DNA of 64,000 nucleotides. Origin: Variibacter sp. GTDB lineage: Bacteria; Pseudomonadota; Alphaproteobacteria; Rhizobiales; Xanthobacteraceae. The notes beneath the pieces are model-generated. The model saw nothing but the letters and a program-made list of their open reading frames with translations, searched no databases and was not told the DNA's origin. Shown here piece after piece: positions 44,565-52,582 of the stretch. The stretch is taken from the NCBI GenBank assembly GCA_019689555.1, contig JADGHE010000006.1:20182-84181 (forward strand), read 5' to 3'. The position numbers and the translations under genes were made by a program. Within the stretch, counting starts at the first letter, position 1. Each line of letters starts with the position of its first letter.

Positions 44565-45725
44565 CTAAGGTTCGGAGGTCGGCTGCAGCGCGTCGGCCTC
44601 GTCCTCGGCCTCAACGAATGCCCCGTCCAGCCAATGCCCCGCCTTCGCCGCCTTGGCGGCGAGATAGCGGCGGTTGTCGGGATTGATCGGCGCCTGAAGC
44701 GGCATGCGGCCGACCACTTCCACCCCCGCCGCGTTCAGCGCCTCGAGCTTGCCCGGATTGTTGGTCATCAGCAACACGCGGTTGCACCCGATGATCCGCA
44801 GCATGCGCGCGGCAATGGCGTAGTCGCGCTCGTCGTCCTCGAAGCCGAGCGCGGTATTGGCGTCGACGGTGTCGAGGCCCGCGTCCTGCAGCGCGTAGGC
44901 GCGCATCTTGTTGGCGAGGCCGAGCCCGCGGCCCTCCTGCTCGAGATAGAGAATCACGCCGCCTCCCGACTCGGCGAGCCGCGTGATGGCGAGCTGAAGC
45001 TGCGCGCCGCAGTCGCAGCGGCGGGAGCCGAAGACGTCGCCGGTGAGGCACGCCGAGTGCAGTCGGACGGGGACGGGCTTCTGGAAGTCGGGCTCGCCGA
45101 TCACGACGGCGACGGGGCTTCCCCCGCCGGCATCGCGAAAGACGTGAAACCATGCCGCGACACCCTCGCGCAGCGGGACCTGGGCCTTGCTCGCGAGCGT
45201 CACGGAGTGGGCCAGTCGGCGGCGGAATTCCTGCACCGCGTCGGCGCGCACGGAGATCAGCCGCGGATCCCGGGCGATCGCGCGCGCGGCCGCGGAGTCG
45301 GCCACCAGCAGAGCCGGCAGCCGCGTGGCGAGCTTCGCCAGTTCGAGCGCCGCGACGGTGGCGGAACTCGCGGTCCGATAGTTCACGGGCGTCTTGCCGC
45401 CGATCTGTGTCGCAAGCGACCAGATCGACGCCAAGTCCGCCTGCCCGCTGAGTTCGATCAGAACCGGCGTCGTCACGTCGAGGCCGAGCCGGCGCGCGCG
45501 CCGGCTCGTGACCGCGAGCCGCAGCTCATCCCGACCACAGGAAGCCCGCAGGGCCGCGATGGTCGTCGCAGACGCGCCGTCGAGAGGCAGGGTCACCACG
45601 CGGTCGGCGCCCGCGGTCACCTCGACCGGCCGGCCGGCGCGGAATTCGGCAAGGCCGCGCTGAACCGCAATCTCGTCCGCCCCGCCGAACAGTTCCAAAT
45701 CGGCCCCTTGGATTTCGCTTGCCAT
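44565..45725 (-). CDS. GTP cyclohydrolase II with a degenerate RibB-like N-terminal domain
   Basis: The C-terminal half carries RLHSACLTGDVFGSRRCDCG (Zn Cys triad), EGRGLGLANKMRAYALQD and LLMTNNPGK. The N-terminal ~190 aa opens like DHBP synthase (AEFRAGRPVEV), but I see no DRENEGD or GHTE motifs. Confidence 0.9.
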   Translation of the reverse strand: MASEIQGADLELFGGADEIAVQRGLAEFRAGRPVEVTAGADRVVTLPLDGASATTIAALRASCGRDELRLAVTSRRARRLGLDVTTPVLIELSGQADLASIWSLATQIGGKTPVNYRTASSATVAALELAKLATRLPALLVADSAAARAIARDPRLISVRADAVQEFRRRLAHSVTLASKAQVPLREGVAAWFHVFRDAGGGSPVAVVIGEPDFQKPVPVRLHSACLTGDVFGSRRCDCGAQLQLAITRLAESGGGVILYLEQEGRGLGLANKMRAYALQDAGLDTVDANTALGFEDDERDYAIAARMLRIIGCNRVLLMTNNPGKLEALNAAGVEVVGRMPLQAPINPDNRRYLAAKAAKAGHWLDGAFVEAEDEADALQPTSEP

Positions 45726-45962
45726 TCCAGACGTGGTCCCAATTCGCAGATGCGAGAACCCCGGAAAAGGGCCGCTAGTCCTGTTCCTGGCGCCCTCAAT
45801 CTATGCCAACTTATGCCGCCACTTCAAAAAGTGCGCGGGACCAGCGTGACGAAAACAGGCCACGCCCCTCCGGGGGATCCGGGACGCGAGCGCCCTGCGG
45901 GAAGTGCTCCTCAACCGCTCGAACGCGCGGACGGGGCGTCCTGGGCCGCGACGCTTGCGGCG

Positions 45963-46703
45963 ATGCGCACGCCCGGAAGCCCGATCCCGCCGCCCTGGAC
46001 CGACCTTTTCGCCCCCCTCGTCGCGGGCGCCGTGGACGACCTGATGGTGATCGCCCAGATCGGCCAGTCGCTCGACGGACGGATCGCGACCCAAAGCGGC
46101 CACTCGCATTACATCAACGGCGACGAGGGTCTCGATCATCTGCATCGGCTGCGCGCCGTCGTCGACGCCGTCGTGATCGGCGTCGGCACGGTGCGCAGCG
46201 ACGATCCTCGCCTCACCGTGCGGCGCGTGCCGGGGCCGCAGCCTGCGCGGGTGATCATCGACCCGCAGGGGCGGCTGCCCCCGACCGCGCGCGTGCTCGC
46301 AGCCGACGGCGTGCGGCGGATCGTCGTGCGGGCCGCGGGCGTGCACACCCCGCTGCCCCCGGGGGTGGAAACGATCGAGCTGCGCCCGGCCGCGGGCTTG
46401 CTCGATCCTGCGGCCATCGTCGCGAGCCTCGCGGCGCGCGGCCTGCGGCGCATCCTCGTCGAGGGCGGCGCGAGCACCGTCTCGCGCTTCCTGGCGGCGC
46501 GATGCCTCGACCGCATGCACATCATCGTCGCGCCGATCATTCTCGGCTCGGGGGCGCAGAGCTTCGCCCTGCCCCCCGTCGACCGCGTGGAACAGGCCCT
46601 GCGGCCGCGCATGCGGGCGCATATCCTGCGCAACGACGTGCTGTTCGACTGCGATCTCTCGCATCAGAGGGTGGTCATCGGCCACGCGAAGAAATCCATG
46701 TGA
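45963..46703 (+). CDS. RibD C-terminal (pyrimidine reductase) domain protein, no deaminase domain
   Basis: IAQIGQSLDGRIATQSGHSHYINGDEGLDHLHRLRAVVDAVVIGVGTVRSDDPRLTVR is the RibD_C pattern. Start ATG 45963 is chosen; alternative ATG 45813. The N-terminal 670 aa of ORF 43938..46703 are antisense shadow. Confidence 0.8.
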   Translation: MRTPGSPIPPPWTDLFAPLVAGAVDDLMVIAQIGQSLDGRIATQSGHSHYINGDEGLDHLHRLRAVVDAVVIGVGTVRSDDPRLTVRRVPGPQPARVIIDPQGRLPPTARVLAADGVRRIVVRAAGVHTPLPPGVETIELRPAAGLLDPAAIVASLAARGLRRILVEGGASTVSRFLAARCLDRMHIIVAPIILGSGAQSFALPPVDRVEQALRPRMRAHILRNDVLFDCDLSHQRVVIGHAKKSM

Positions 46704-47467
46704 CCGACGCGCAGCGTCGAGCGGCCGGCGCCGACGAGGTCGCGGCGGCGGGCAAGCCAGTCCTGCACTCGCGAAAGCGGCACGACGCCGACCGCCTGCG
46801 CGGCCTGCGCCCAGCCGGCGAGGAGCTGCATCTGTATCTCGCGATCGGTCGGCGCGAATTCCCAATCGGAACGTCCCGCGCTGACGGTGTAGCCGACCCG
46901 CTGGAACCGCTTCATCGCAAACGGGGCGGCGCTGGGGCCGAGCGCCGGGCCGAAGCCCTTGTCGGTGAGCTGATGGCGGTTCACGGCGGCGATCACGCGC
47001 GCATCGAGCGGGTCCGGCGGGGAGAAGGTGACGCGTCCGTCGTAGATCAAGGCCGCATAGACCGGGAGGCGGCGCGTCGCCGCTTCGACCGCGAGGCGGT
47101 CGACCCAGACATCCGAGACCAGATCCAGCAGGGCCGAAGCGGTGACAAGGTCCACGGGACCATCGAGCGCCAATTCGAGGTCGCGCGCGAGATCGAGCGC
47201 GATCCGATGCACATGGGCGCCGGGCGGCTGTTCGGTCGGCCGCGTGAGCAGCCCGAGATTGTTGTCGTAGAGGCGCCACGTCTGCCGCCCGGGCAGGTGC
47301 GACGCAATCGCCCGGAGGGTGGAGCCCGTGCCGCAGCCGAGATCGGCGACCGTGATCGCGAAGCGATCCTTGAAGGCGGCCGCCACGGCCTCGAGCACGG
47401 TGCGGTTGCGCGCGGCGGCGTCGTAAGGTTCGCGCAGATCCAGCCATTCGGCGGAAAAGACGCTCAT
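46664..47467 (-). CDS. Class I SAM-dependent methyltransferase
   Basis: ATG 47467 gives MSVFSAEWLDLREPYD. Motif I VADLGCGTGS. The ATG overlaps the GT4 stop as ATGA. Confidence 0.8.
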   Translation of the reverse strand: MSVFSAEWLDLREPYDAAARNRTVLEAVAAAFKDRFAITVADLGCGTGSTLRAIASHLPGRQTWRLYDNNLGLLTRPTEQPPGAHVHRIALDLARDLELALDGPVDLVTASALLDLVSDVWVDRLAVEAATRRLPVYAALIYDGRVTFSPPDPLDARVIAAVNRHQLTDKGFGPALGPSAAPFAMKRFQRVGYTVSAGRSDWEFAPTDREIQMQLLAGWAQAAQAVGVVPLSRVQDWLARRRDLVGAGRSTLRVGHMDFFAWPMTTL

Positions 47468-48516
47468 GCGGCCGCCTCCAGCACGCCGGCGAAGATCGTC
47501 GCGGTGTCCTGCCAGGTCGGAAGCCGCTGCGCCGCCGCCCACGCGACTTCTCCCCAGCGCCGGCGCGCCTTCCGGTCGGTGACGGCAAGGCGCAGGGCGG
47601 CCGCCAGGGCCGCGACGTCGTCCGGGGGGACCAGCAGGCCAGCGCCGGGCGGCACCGTGGTGGGAATTGCGCCCGCCGTGGTTCCGATCACCGGCAGGCC
47701 GTGGGCAATCGCTTCCGAGAAGGCCATTCCGTATCCTTCGAAGCGGGAGGCTAACACGAAAAGATCCGCGGCCTCGTATCGTTCCGCGAGATCGGCCGCA
47801 CTGACCGCCCCGGCGAGCACAACCCTTTCCCCCAGCCCGAGACGGCGGACCTCGCGGGCGATCGCCTCGGCCGTCGGGGGGCTGCGGTCGCGATCGCCGA
47901 CGATCACCAGACGCCAGTCGAGATCGCGGAGACGGGCCAGCGCGGCCAGCAGCACGTCGTAACCCTTCCGCGGCACCAGCGCGCCGACCGCCAGCAAGCC
48001 GACGCAAGCCCCTCCTCCGCCGCTTGCGCGCCGCACCCGATCGGCGCCCGGCGGCGCAACGGTGATGCGCTCGCGCGGGACGTTATAGCCGGCCGCCAAC
48101 AGCTCCGCGGTGGCGGCGCTGGTGACGACCACATGGCGCACGGCGGCGAGCGCCGCGCGCTCGCTTGCCCGCAGGGCCTCGGCCCGCGCGGGGGCCAGGC
48201 CGGTTTCCAGAGCGAGCGGATGGTGCACGAGCGCGATCACCGGCCTTCGCCCGCGCAAGGCCGCGGCGGCCTCGGGGAGCACGCCGAGCGCCAGCCCGTC
48301 CACGACGAGGGGCTCCCGGCCGGCATGGCCGAGCAGCGCCGCGAGCGCGCGGGCGCGAACTCCATCGCCGGCTTCGGGAAATCCTTCGCCGAGATCGAGC
48401 ACCTCGACGCGCCAGCCCAGGCTTCTCAGCTCGGCGATGACGCGACGATCGTAGGCGTATCCGCCGGTCGGCGTATCCAGGCTGCCGGGAACCGCGAAGA
48501 CCGCCGCCGGCTTCAC
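47464..48516 (-). CDS. GT4-family glycosyltransferase
   Basis: GTG at 48516 (or 48519) gives KPAAVFAVPGSLDTPTGGYAYDRR. C-terminal GT-B block FVLASRFEGYGMAFSEAIAHGLPVIGT (E-x7-E type). GTGA overlap with the upstream stop. Confidence 0.85.
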   Translation of the reverse strand: MKPAAVFAVPGSLDTPTGGYAYDRRVIAELRSLGWRVEVLDLGEGFPEAGDGVRARALAALLGHAGREPLVVDGLALGVLPEAAAALRGRRPVIALVHHPLALETGLAPARAEALRASERAALAAVRHVVVTSAATAELLAAGYNVPRERITVAPPGADRVRRASGGGGACVGLLAVGALVPRKGYDVLLAALARLRDLDWRLVIVGDRDRSPPTAEAIAREVRRLGLGERVVLAGAVSAADLAERYEAADLFVLASRFEGYGMAFSEAIAHGLPVIGTTAGAIPTTVPPGAGLLVPPDDVAALAAALRLAVTDRKARRRWGEVAWAAAQRLPTWQDTATIFAGVLEAAA

Positions 48517-48914
48517 CACACCGGCGCCTCGTAGAAGGCGCGCGCCAGCGGCGATTCCGCGATCGTGACGCGGATCGCCGCGATCTCGCGCCCGTCGCGG
48601 CCGAGTTTGCCTGCGCGCACCGCATCCGCCAGGCGATCGAAGACATAGCGCGTCAAAAATTCGGTCGTCGTGTTGACGCCGGCGAACTGCGGCAGCTCGT
48701 CGAGATTGCGGTAGTTGATCGGCGCGAGCGCCGCCTTGAGGACCTCGAAGGCGCGGCCGATGTCGACGACGATGCCGTTGGCGTCGAGCCGCTCGGCCAG
48801 AAAAGCCGCCGAGACCGTGAAGGTCGCGCCATGCAGCGCCTGCGCGGGGCCGAAGATCTCGCCGCGAAACGAATGGGCGATCATGACGTGATCGGACACC
48901 TCTACGGCGAACAC
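48513..48914 (-). CDS. 6-pyruvoyl-tetrahydropterin synthase / QueD (COG0720) fold protein, divergent active site
   Basis: GTG start with GGAGGA upstream. The 133-aa product aligns by eye with E. coli QueD (IAHSF, LHGATF, VDIGRAFEVLK, NTTTEFL), but several catalytic positions differ. See findings. Confidence 0.8.
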   Translation of the reverse strand: MFAVEVSDHVMIAHSFRGEIFGPAQALHGATFTVSAAFLAERLDANGIVVDIGRAFEVLKAALAPINYRNLDELPQFAGVNTTTEFLTRYVFDRLADAVRAGKLGRDGREIAAIRVTIAESPLARAFYEAPVW

Positions 48915-48935
48915 GGGGTTCTCGTCCTCCGTGGA

Positions 48936-49940
48936 TCAGCCGGCGTCGGCCGCCGGGTAGCGGATGACCTGGCATAGCACACCGCCGCCCGGCTTAAGGA
49001 TGGCCGGCAGGGCCGCGGGCAGCGCGCGGAAGTCAATCGGCGGGGCGAGCAGCCCGTCGAGGGCCGGATCGGCGAGAAGGGCGAGCGCCGCCACGAGCCT
49101 GCGCGCGGGGGTCCAGCGGGCCCGGTGCGAGGGGGCGATGCGGCCGACCTGACTCGAAACGATCCGCAGCCGACGACTGTGGAATGCCTCGCCCAGCGGG
49201 ACCGGGACCTCGCCCGTCCCGTACCAGCTCAGTTCCAGCACGGTCGCCTCTTCGCCGGCGAGGCGCAGGGCGGTCGCAAGGCCGGCGGCGGTCCCGCTCG
49301 CATGGATGACGAGGTCGCAGTCCTGCGGCGCCTCGCCCGGGGAGGCGAAGGCCACCCCGAGCGTCCGCGCGACCGTGGCGCGGCCGGGATCGACATCCAC
49401 GAGGGTCGTCTGTGCACCCGGCAGGCGGCCGCACAACCAGGCGCACAGGCATCCGACCGTGCCGCCCCCGACCACCGCGATGCGGTCCGCCGGGGCGGGC
49501 GCCGCATCCCACACGGCGTTGAGCGCCGTCTCCATGTTCGCCGCCAGCACCGCCCGCGCGGCGGGCACGCCGTCGGGCACAGGCACGACCGACTCCGCCG
49601 GCAGGGTGAAGACGCTCTGATGCGGATGGAGCGCGAAAACCATGCGGCCTTCAAGGGCTTCCGGCCCCTGCTCGACCCGGCCGACGGTCGCGTAACCGTA
49701 TTTCACCGGGAAGGGAAAGGTCCCGGCCATGGCGGGACCGCGCATGCGCTCGTATTCGCTCGGCGGCACCCGCCCGGCAAACACCAGCCGCTCGGTCCCG
49801 CGGCTCAAGGCACCAAAATGGGCGCGCACGCGCACCTCGCCGTGCAGCGGGGCGGGCGCCCGCTCCGACCGGATTTCGGCGCGCCCCGCAGCGACGTACC
49901 AGAGCGCCTCGGCTGGTTCCCCCCTGTCGTCTGCCCGCAC
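48936..49940 (-). CDS. MDR-superfamily dehydrogenase, BchC-like (annotated type: zinc-binding alcohol dehydrogenase)
   Basis: GTG 49940 is preceded by GGAG. GALSRGTERLVFAGRVP and VKYGYATVGRV resemble BchC-type MDRs. Rossmann motif VVGGGTVG. No Cys/His catalytic-Zn ligands are evident. The upstream 630 aa of ORF 48936..51836 are antisense shadow of opgH. Confidence 0.75.
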   Translation of the reverse strand: MRADDRGEPAEALWYVAAGRAEIRSERAPAPLHGEVRVRAHFGALSRGTERLVFAGRVPPSEYERMRGPAMAGTFPFPVKYGYATVGRVEQGPEALEGRMVFALHPHQSVFTLPAESVVPVPDGVPAARAVLAANMETALNAVWDAAPAPADRIAVVGGGTVGCLCAWLCGRLPGAQTTLVDVDPGRATVARTLGVAFASPGEAPQDCDLVIHASGTAAGLATALRLAGEEATVLELSWYGTGEVPVPLGEAFHSRRLRIVSSQVGRIAPSHRARWTPARRLVAALALLADPALDGLLAPPIDFRALPAALPAILKPGGGVLCQVIRYPAADAG

Positions 49941-50018
49941 AAAGGCTCCGTGTGGTTGGACTTTCTGGCCCCCGGATCGGTATATCTTATATCGGCACAG
50001 GGGTTTCACGTTTTTTTC
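49941..50018. promoter_or_regulatory. AT-rich divergent promoter region between the dehydrogenase operon and opgH
   Basis: 78-nt spacer containing GGTATATCTTATATCGG (TATATC repeated twice) and a T7 run directly before the opgH ATG. It stands out against the GC-rich surroundings. Confidence 0.4.
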
Positions 50019-51851
50019 ATGTCCGATCTGGCGGAGGAACTGGGTGGCGCGTTTGCGGCGCCCGGACGACGGCCGGCGCTGTTGCGCCGGCGGCTGCTGT
50101 TCGCCCTGCTCGTCGGCACGACGATCGCTGGTCTGCTCTGGCTGTTCGGCGCCGCGCTCTCGGCGGGCGGCCTCGACGCCATCGACCTTGCGCTGCTCGT
50201 CCTGTTCGGCGTGACGCTGCCGTGGACGGTCATCGGCTTCTGGAATGCGACCATCGGCTTTCTGGTGATGCGCTTCGCGCCGGACCCGGTCGCCGCGGTC
50301 GTCCCCGCCGTCACCCGCCTGCGCGGCGACGAGCCGATCACGGCCTCGGTCGCGCTGCTCGTCTTCATCCGCAATGAAATGCCGGCGCGCGTGCTGCGCA
50401 ACATCGAGGCGATGCTCGATGGCCTCGCCGCCGCGGGCGTGGGCGAGCGCTTCCACCTCTATGTGCTGAGCGACACCAGCGACCCGGCCATTGCGGCCGC
50501 CGAAGAGGCGAGCTTCGGCGCGCTTGCGCGCGCCTGGGACGGCCGCATCCCGGTCACCTACCGCCGGCGCGCCGATAATGCGGGCTTCAAGGCCGGCAAT
50601 CTGCGCGACTTCTGCGTGCGCTGGGGCGACCGGCACGATTTGGCGGTCACGCTGGACGCCGATAGCTTCATCCCGGCGGACGCCGTTCTGCGCATGGTGC
50701 GGCTGATGCAGGTCGCACCGGAGATCGGGATCTTGCAAGGGCTCGTCGTCGGCATGCCGTCGACGAGCGCCTTTGCGCGCATCTTTCAGTTCGGCATGCG
50801 GCTCGGCATGCGCTCCTATACGATCGGCAGCGCCTGGTGGCAGGGCGATTGCGGACCGCACTGGGGGCACAACTCGGTTTTGCGTCTCAAGCCGTTCATC
50901 GCGCACTGCCACATTCCGCCGCTGCCGGGAAACGGCCCGCTCGGCGGACACGTACTGAGCCACGACCAGATCGAGGCCGCCTTGATGCGCCGCGCCGGCT
51001 ACGAAGTGCGCGTGCTGCCGGAGGAGAATCTCGGCTGGGAGGAGAACCCGCCGACGCTCATGGAATTCATCCGCCGCGATCTGCGCTGGTGCCAGGGCAA
51101 CATGCAGTACTGGCGCTTTCTGTTCCTGCCGGGGCTCAAGGCCGTGAGCCGCTATCAGCTTGCCTTTGCGCTGCTGATGTTCCTGGGCTCGCCGGCCTGG
51201 ATGGGCCTGCTCGCGCTCGGCACGCTGGGCGTCGCGCAAGCGCCGGAACCGGCCGCCTTCATGCATGCGGAAGCCGGATTCGCCCTGCTCGGGCTCACGC
51301 TGGTCATGTGGTTCGCGCCGAAGATCGCCACCACGCTCGACGTGCTCGCGCGACCCGATCTGCGCCGCGCCTTCGGCGGCGGCTTGCGGTTCGCGGCCAA
51401 TGTCGCGCTCGAGACGGCGTTCTTCCTTCTGCTTTCGCCGATCATGTGGTTCAGCCACACGGCGTTTCTCGGCGGCCTCATGTTCGGCCGAGCGATCGGC
51501 TGGGCTGAGCAGACGCGCGACGACCATGCGGTGCCCTTCGGGCTGGCGCTGCGGCGGCTGTGGCCGCACATGCTTTTCGGCTGGACGGCGATCGGCATTC
51601 TCGCGGCGATGGCGCCGGAGGCGCTTCCCTACGCGCTGCTCATCGCCGGCGGGCTTGCGCTCGCCGCGCCCTTCGCGGTGTTGACGGCCGATCCTCGCGT
51701 CGGCGCGGCGCTCGCGCGGCTTGGCATCGGACGGCTTCCCGAAGAGGAAATGCCGACGGCCTTGCGGGCGTTGCGACTGCCGGCGCTCGCGCTTGCGGCG
51801 GCGCCGGCGTCGTCCGGAACCGCCGAGGCGACGCAATGCTCACAATCCTGA
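50019..51851 (+). CDS. opgH: Glucans biosynthesis glucosyltransferase H (OpgH/MdoH, GT2)
   Basis: ATG 50019, 610 aa. VLSDTSDP, NAGFKAGNLRDF, TLDADS, WGHNSVLR, SHDQIEAA, RRDLRWCQGN and flanking TM segments match the OpgH family pattern. Confidence 0.92.
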   Translation: MSDLAEELGGAFAAPGRRPALLRRRLLFALLVGTTIAGLLWLFGAALSAGGLDAIDLALLVLFGVTLPWTVIGFWNATIGFLVMRFAPDPVAAVVPAVTRLRGDEPITASVALLVFIRNEMPARVLRNIEAMLDGLAAAGVGERFHLYVLSDTSDPAIAAAEEASFGALARAWDGRIPVTYRRRADNAGFKAGNLRDFCVRWGDRHDLAVTLDADSFIPADAVLRMVRLMQVAPEIGILQGLVVGMPSTSAFARIFQFGMRLGMRSYTIGSAWWQGDCGPHWGHNSVLRLKPFIAHCHIPPLPGNGPLGGHVLSHDQIEAALMRRAGYEVRVLPEENLGWEENPPTLMEFIRRDLRWCQGNMQYWRFLFLPGLKAVSRYQLAFALLMFLGSPAWMGLLALGTLGVAQAPEPAAFMHAEAGFALLGLTLVMWFAPKIATTLDVLARPDLRRAFGGGLRFAANVALETAFFLLLSPIMWFSHTAFLGGLMFGRAIGWAEQTRDDHAVPFGLALRRLWPHMLFGWTAIGILAAMAPEALPYALLIAGGLALAAPFAVLTADPRVGAALARLGIGRLPEEEMPTALRALRLPALALAAAPASSGTAEATQCSQS

Positions 51852-52582
51852 GGAGCGCGCGCGGCGTCGCCCGTTCGCTGCGCCTCTACTACGGCGATCG
51901 GGCGCGGCGCGCCGCCATGGAGCGGCTCTATTCCCGCTTCGTCGCGGCGGGCGACCTCGTCTTCGACATCGGCGCTCATGTCGGCGACCGCGTCGCCGCG
52001 TTCCGCCGGCTCGGCGCGCGGGTCGTCGCCGTCGAGCCGCAGCCGGCGCTCGCGTGGACGCTGCGGCTCATCTACGCGCGCGACCGCGCCGTTACGGTCG
52101 AGCGGTGCGCGGTCGGCCGCGCGGTGGGACGGGTGACGCTGCGGCTCAATCTCGCCAATCCCACCGTCTCGACCGCCTCGAGCGCGTTCGTCGAAGCCGC
52201 GCATAATGCTCCCGGCTGGGAAGGACAGAGGTGGAGCGCGAGCGTCGACGTGCCGATGCTGACGCTCGACGCCCTGATCGCCCGCCACGGAGCGCCGCGC
52301 TTCATCAAGATCGACGTCGAAGGCTTCGAGGCGGAGGCTTTGGCCGGCCTGACGCGACCGGCGCCCGCGCTCTCCTTCGAGTTCACCACGATCCAGCGCG
52401 CCGTCGCCCTCGCCTGCCTCGAACGGTGCGCGGCGCTCGGCTATCGCGCCTTCGATGCGGCGCTCGGGGAAAATCAGAGGCTCGAACACGGCCGCTGGAT
52501 CACGGCGGAGGAGATGGCGCGCTGGCTCGAAGCGCTGCCCCACGCCGCCAATTCGGGAGACATCTATGCAATGCTCGGCTAG
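51836..52582 (+). CDS. FkbM-family methyltransferase
   Basis: ATG 51836 (GAGGCG upstream), 248 aa. VFDIGAHVGD and FIKIDVEGFEAEAL are FkbM hallmarks. It overlaps the opgH end by 16 nt. Confidence 0.85.
   Translation: MLTILRSARGVARSLRLYYGDRARRAAMERLYSRFVAAGDLVFDIGAHVGDRVAAFRRLGARVVAVEPQPALAWTLRLIYARDRAVTVERCAVGRAVGRVTLRLNLANPTVSTASSAFVEAAHNAPGWEGQRWSASVDVPMLTLDALIARHGAPRFIKIDVEGFEAEALAGLTRPAPALSFEFTTIQRAVALACLERCAALGYRAFDAALGENQRLEHGRWITAEEMARWLEALPHAANSGDIYAMLG

Noticed and set aside
43938-45800. N-terminal two thirds of the 921-aa ORF 43938..46703
   Set aside because: Only the last ~246-296 codons show RibD_C similarity. The rest is antisense to the cytochrome b561 and GTP cyclohydrolase II genes.
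45726-45962. FMN riboswitch upstream of the rib-like genes
   Set aside because: I could not find the conserved FMN-element core sequences or its multi-stem layout in the divergent spacer. A covariance-model scan (Rfam RF00050) would be needed to be sure.
49941-51836. N-terminal part of the 966-aa ORF 48936..51836
   Set aside because: It is antisense to opgH. The dehydrogenase similarity starts near the GTG at 49940, which has its own GGAG RBS.
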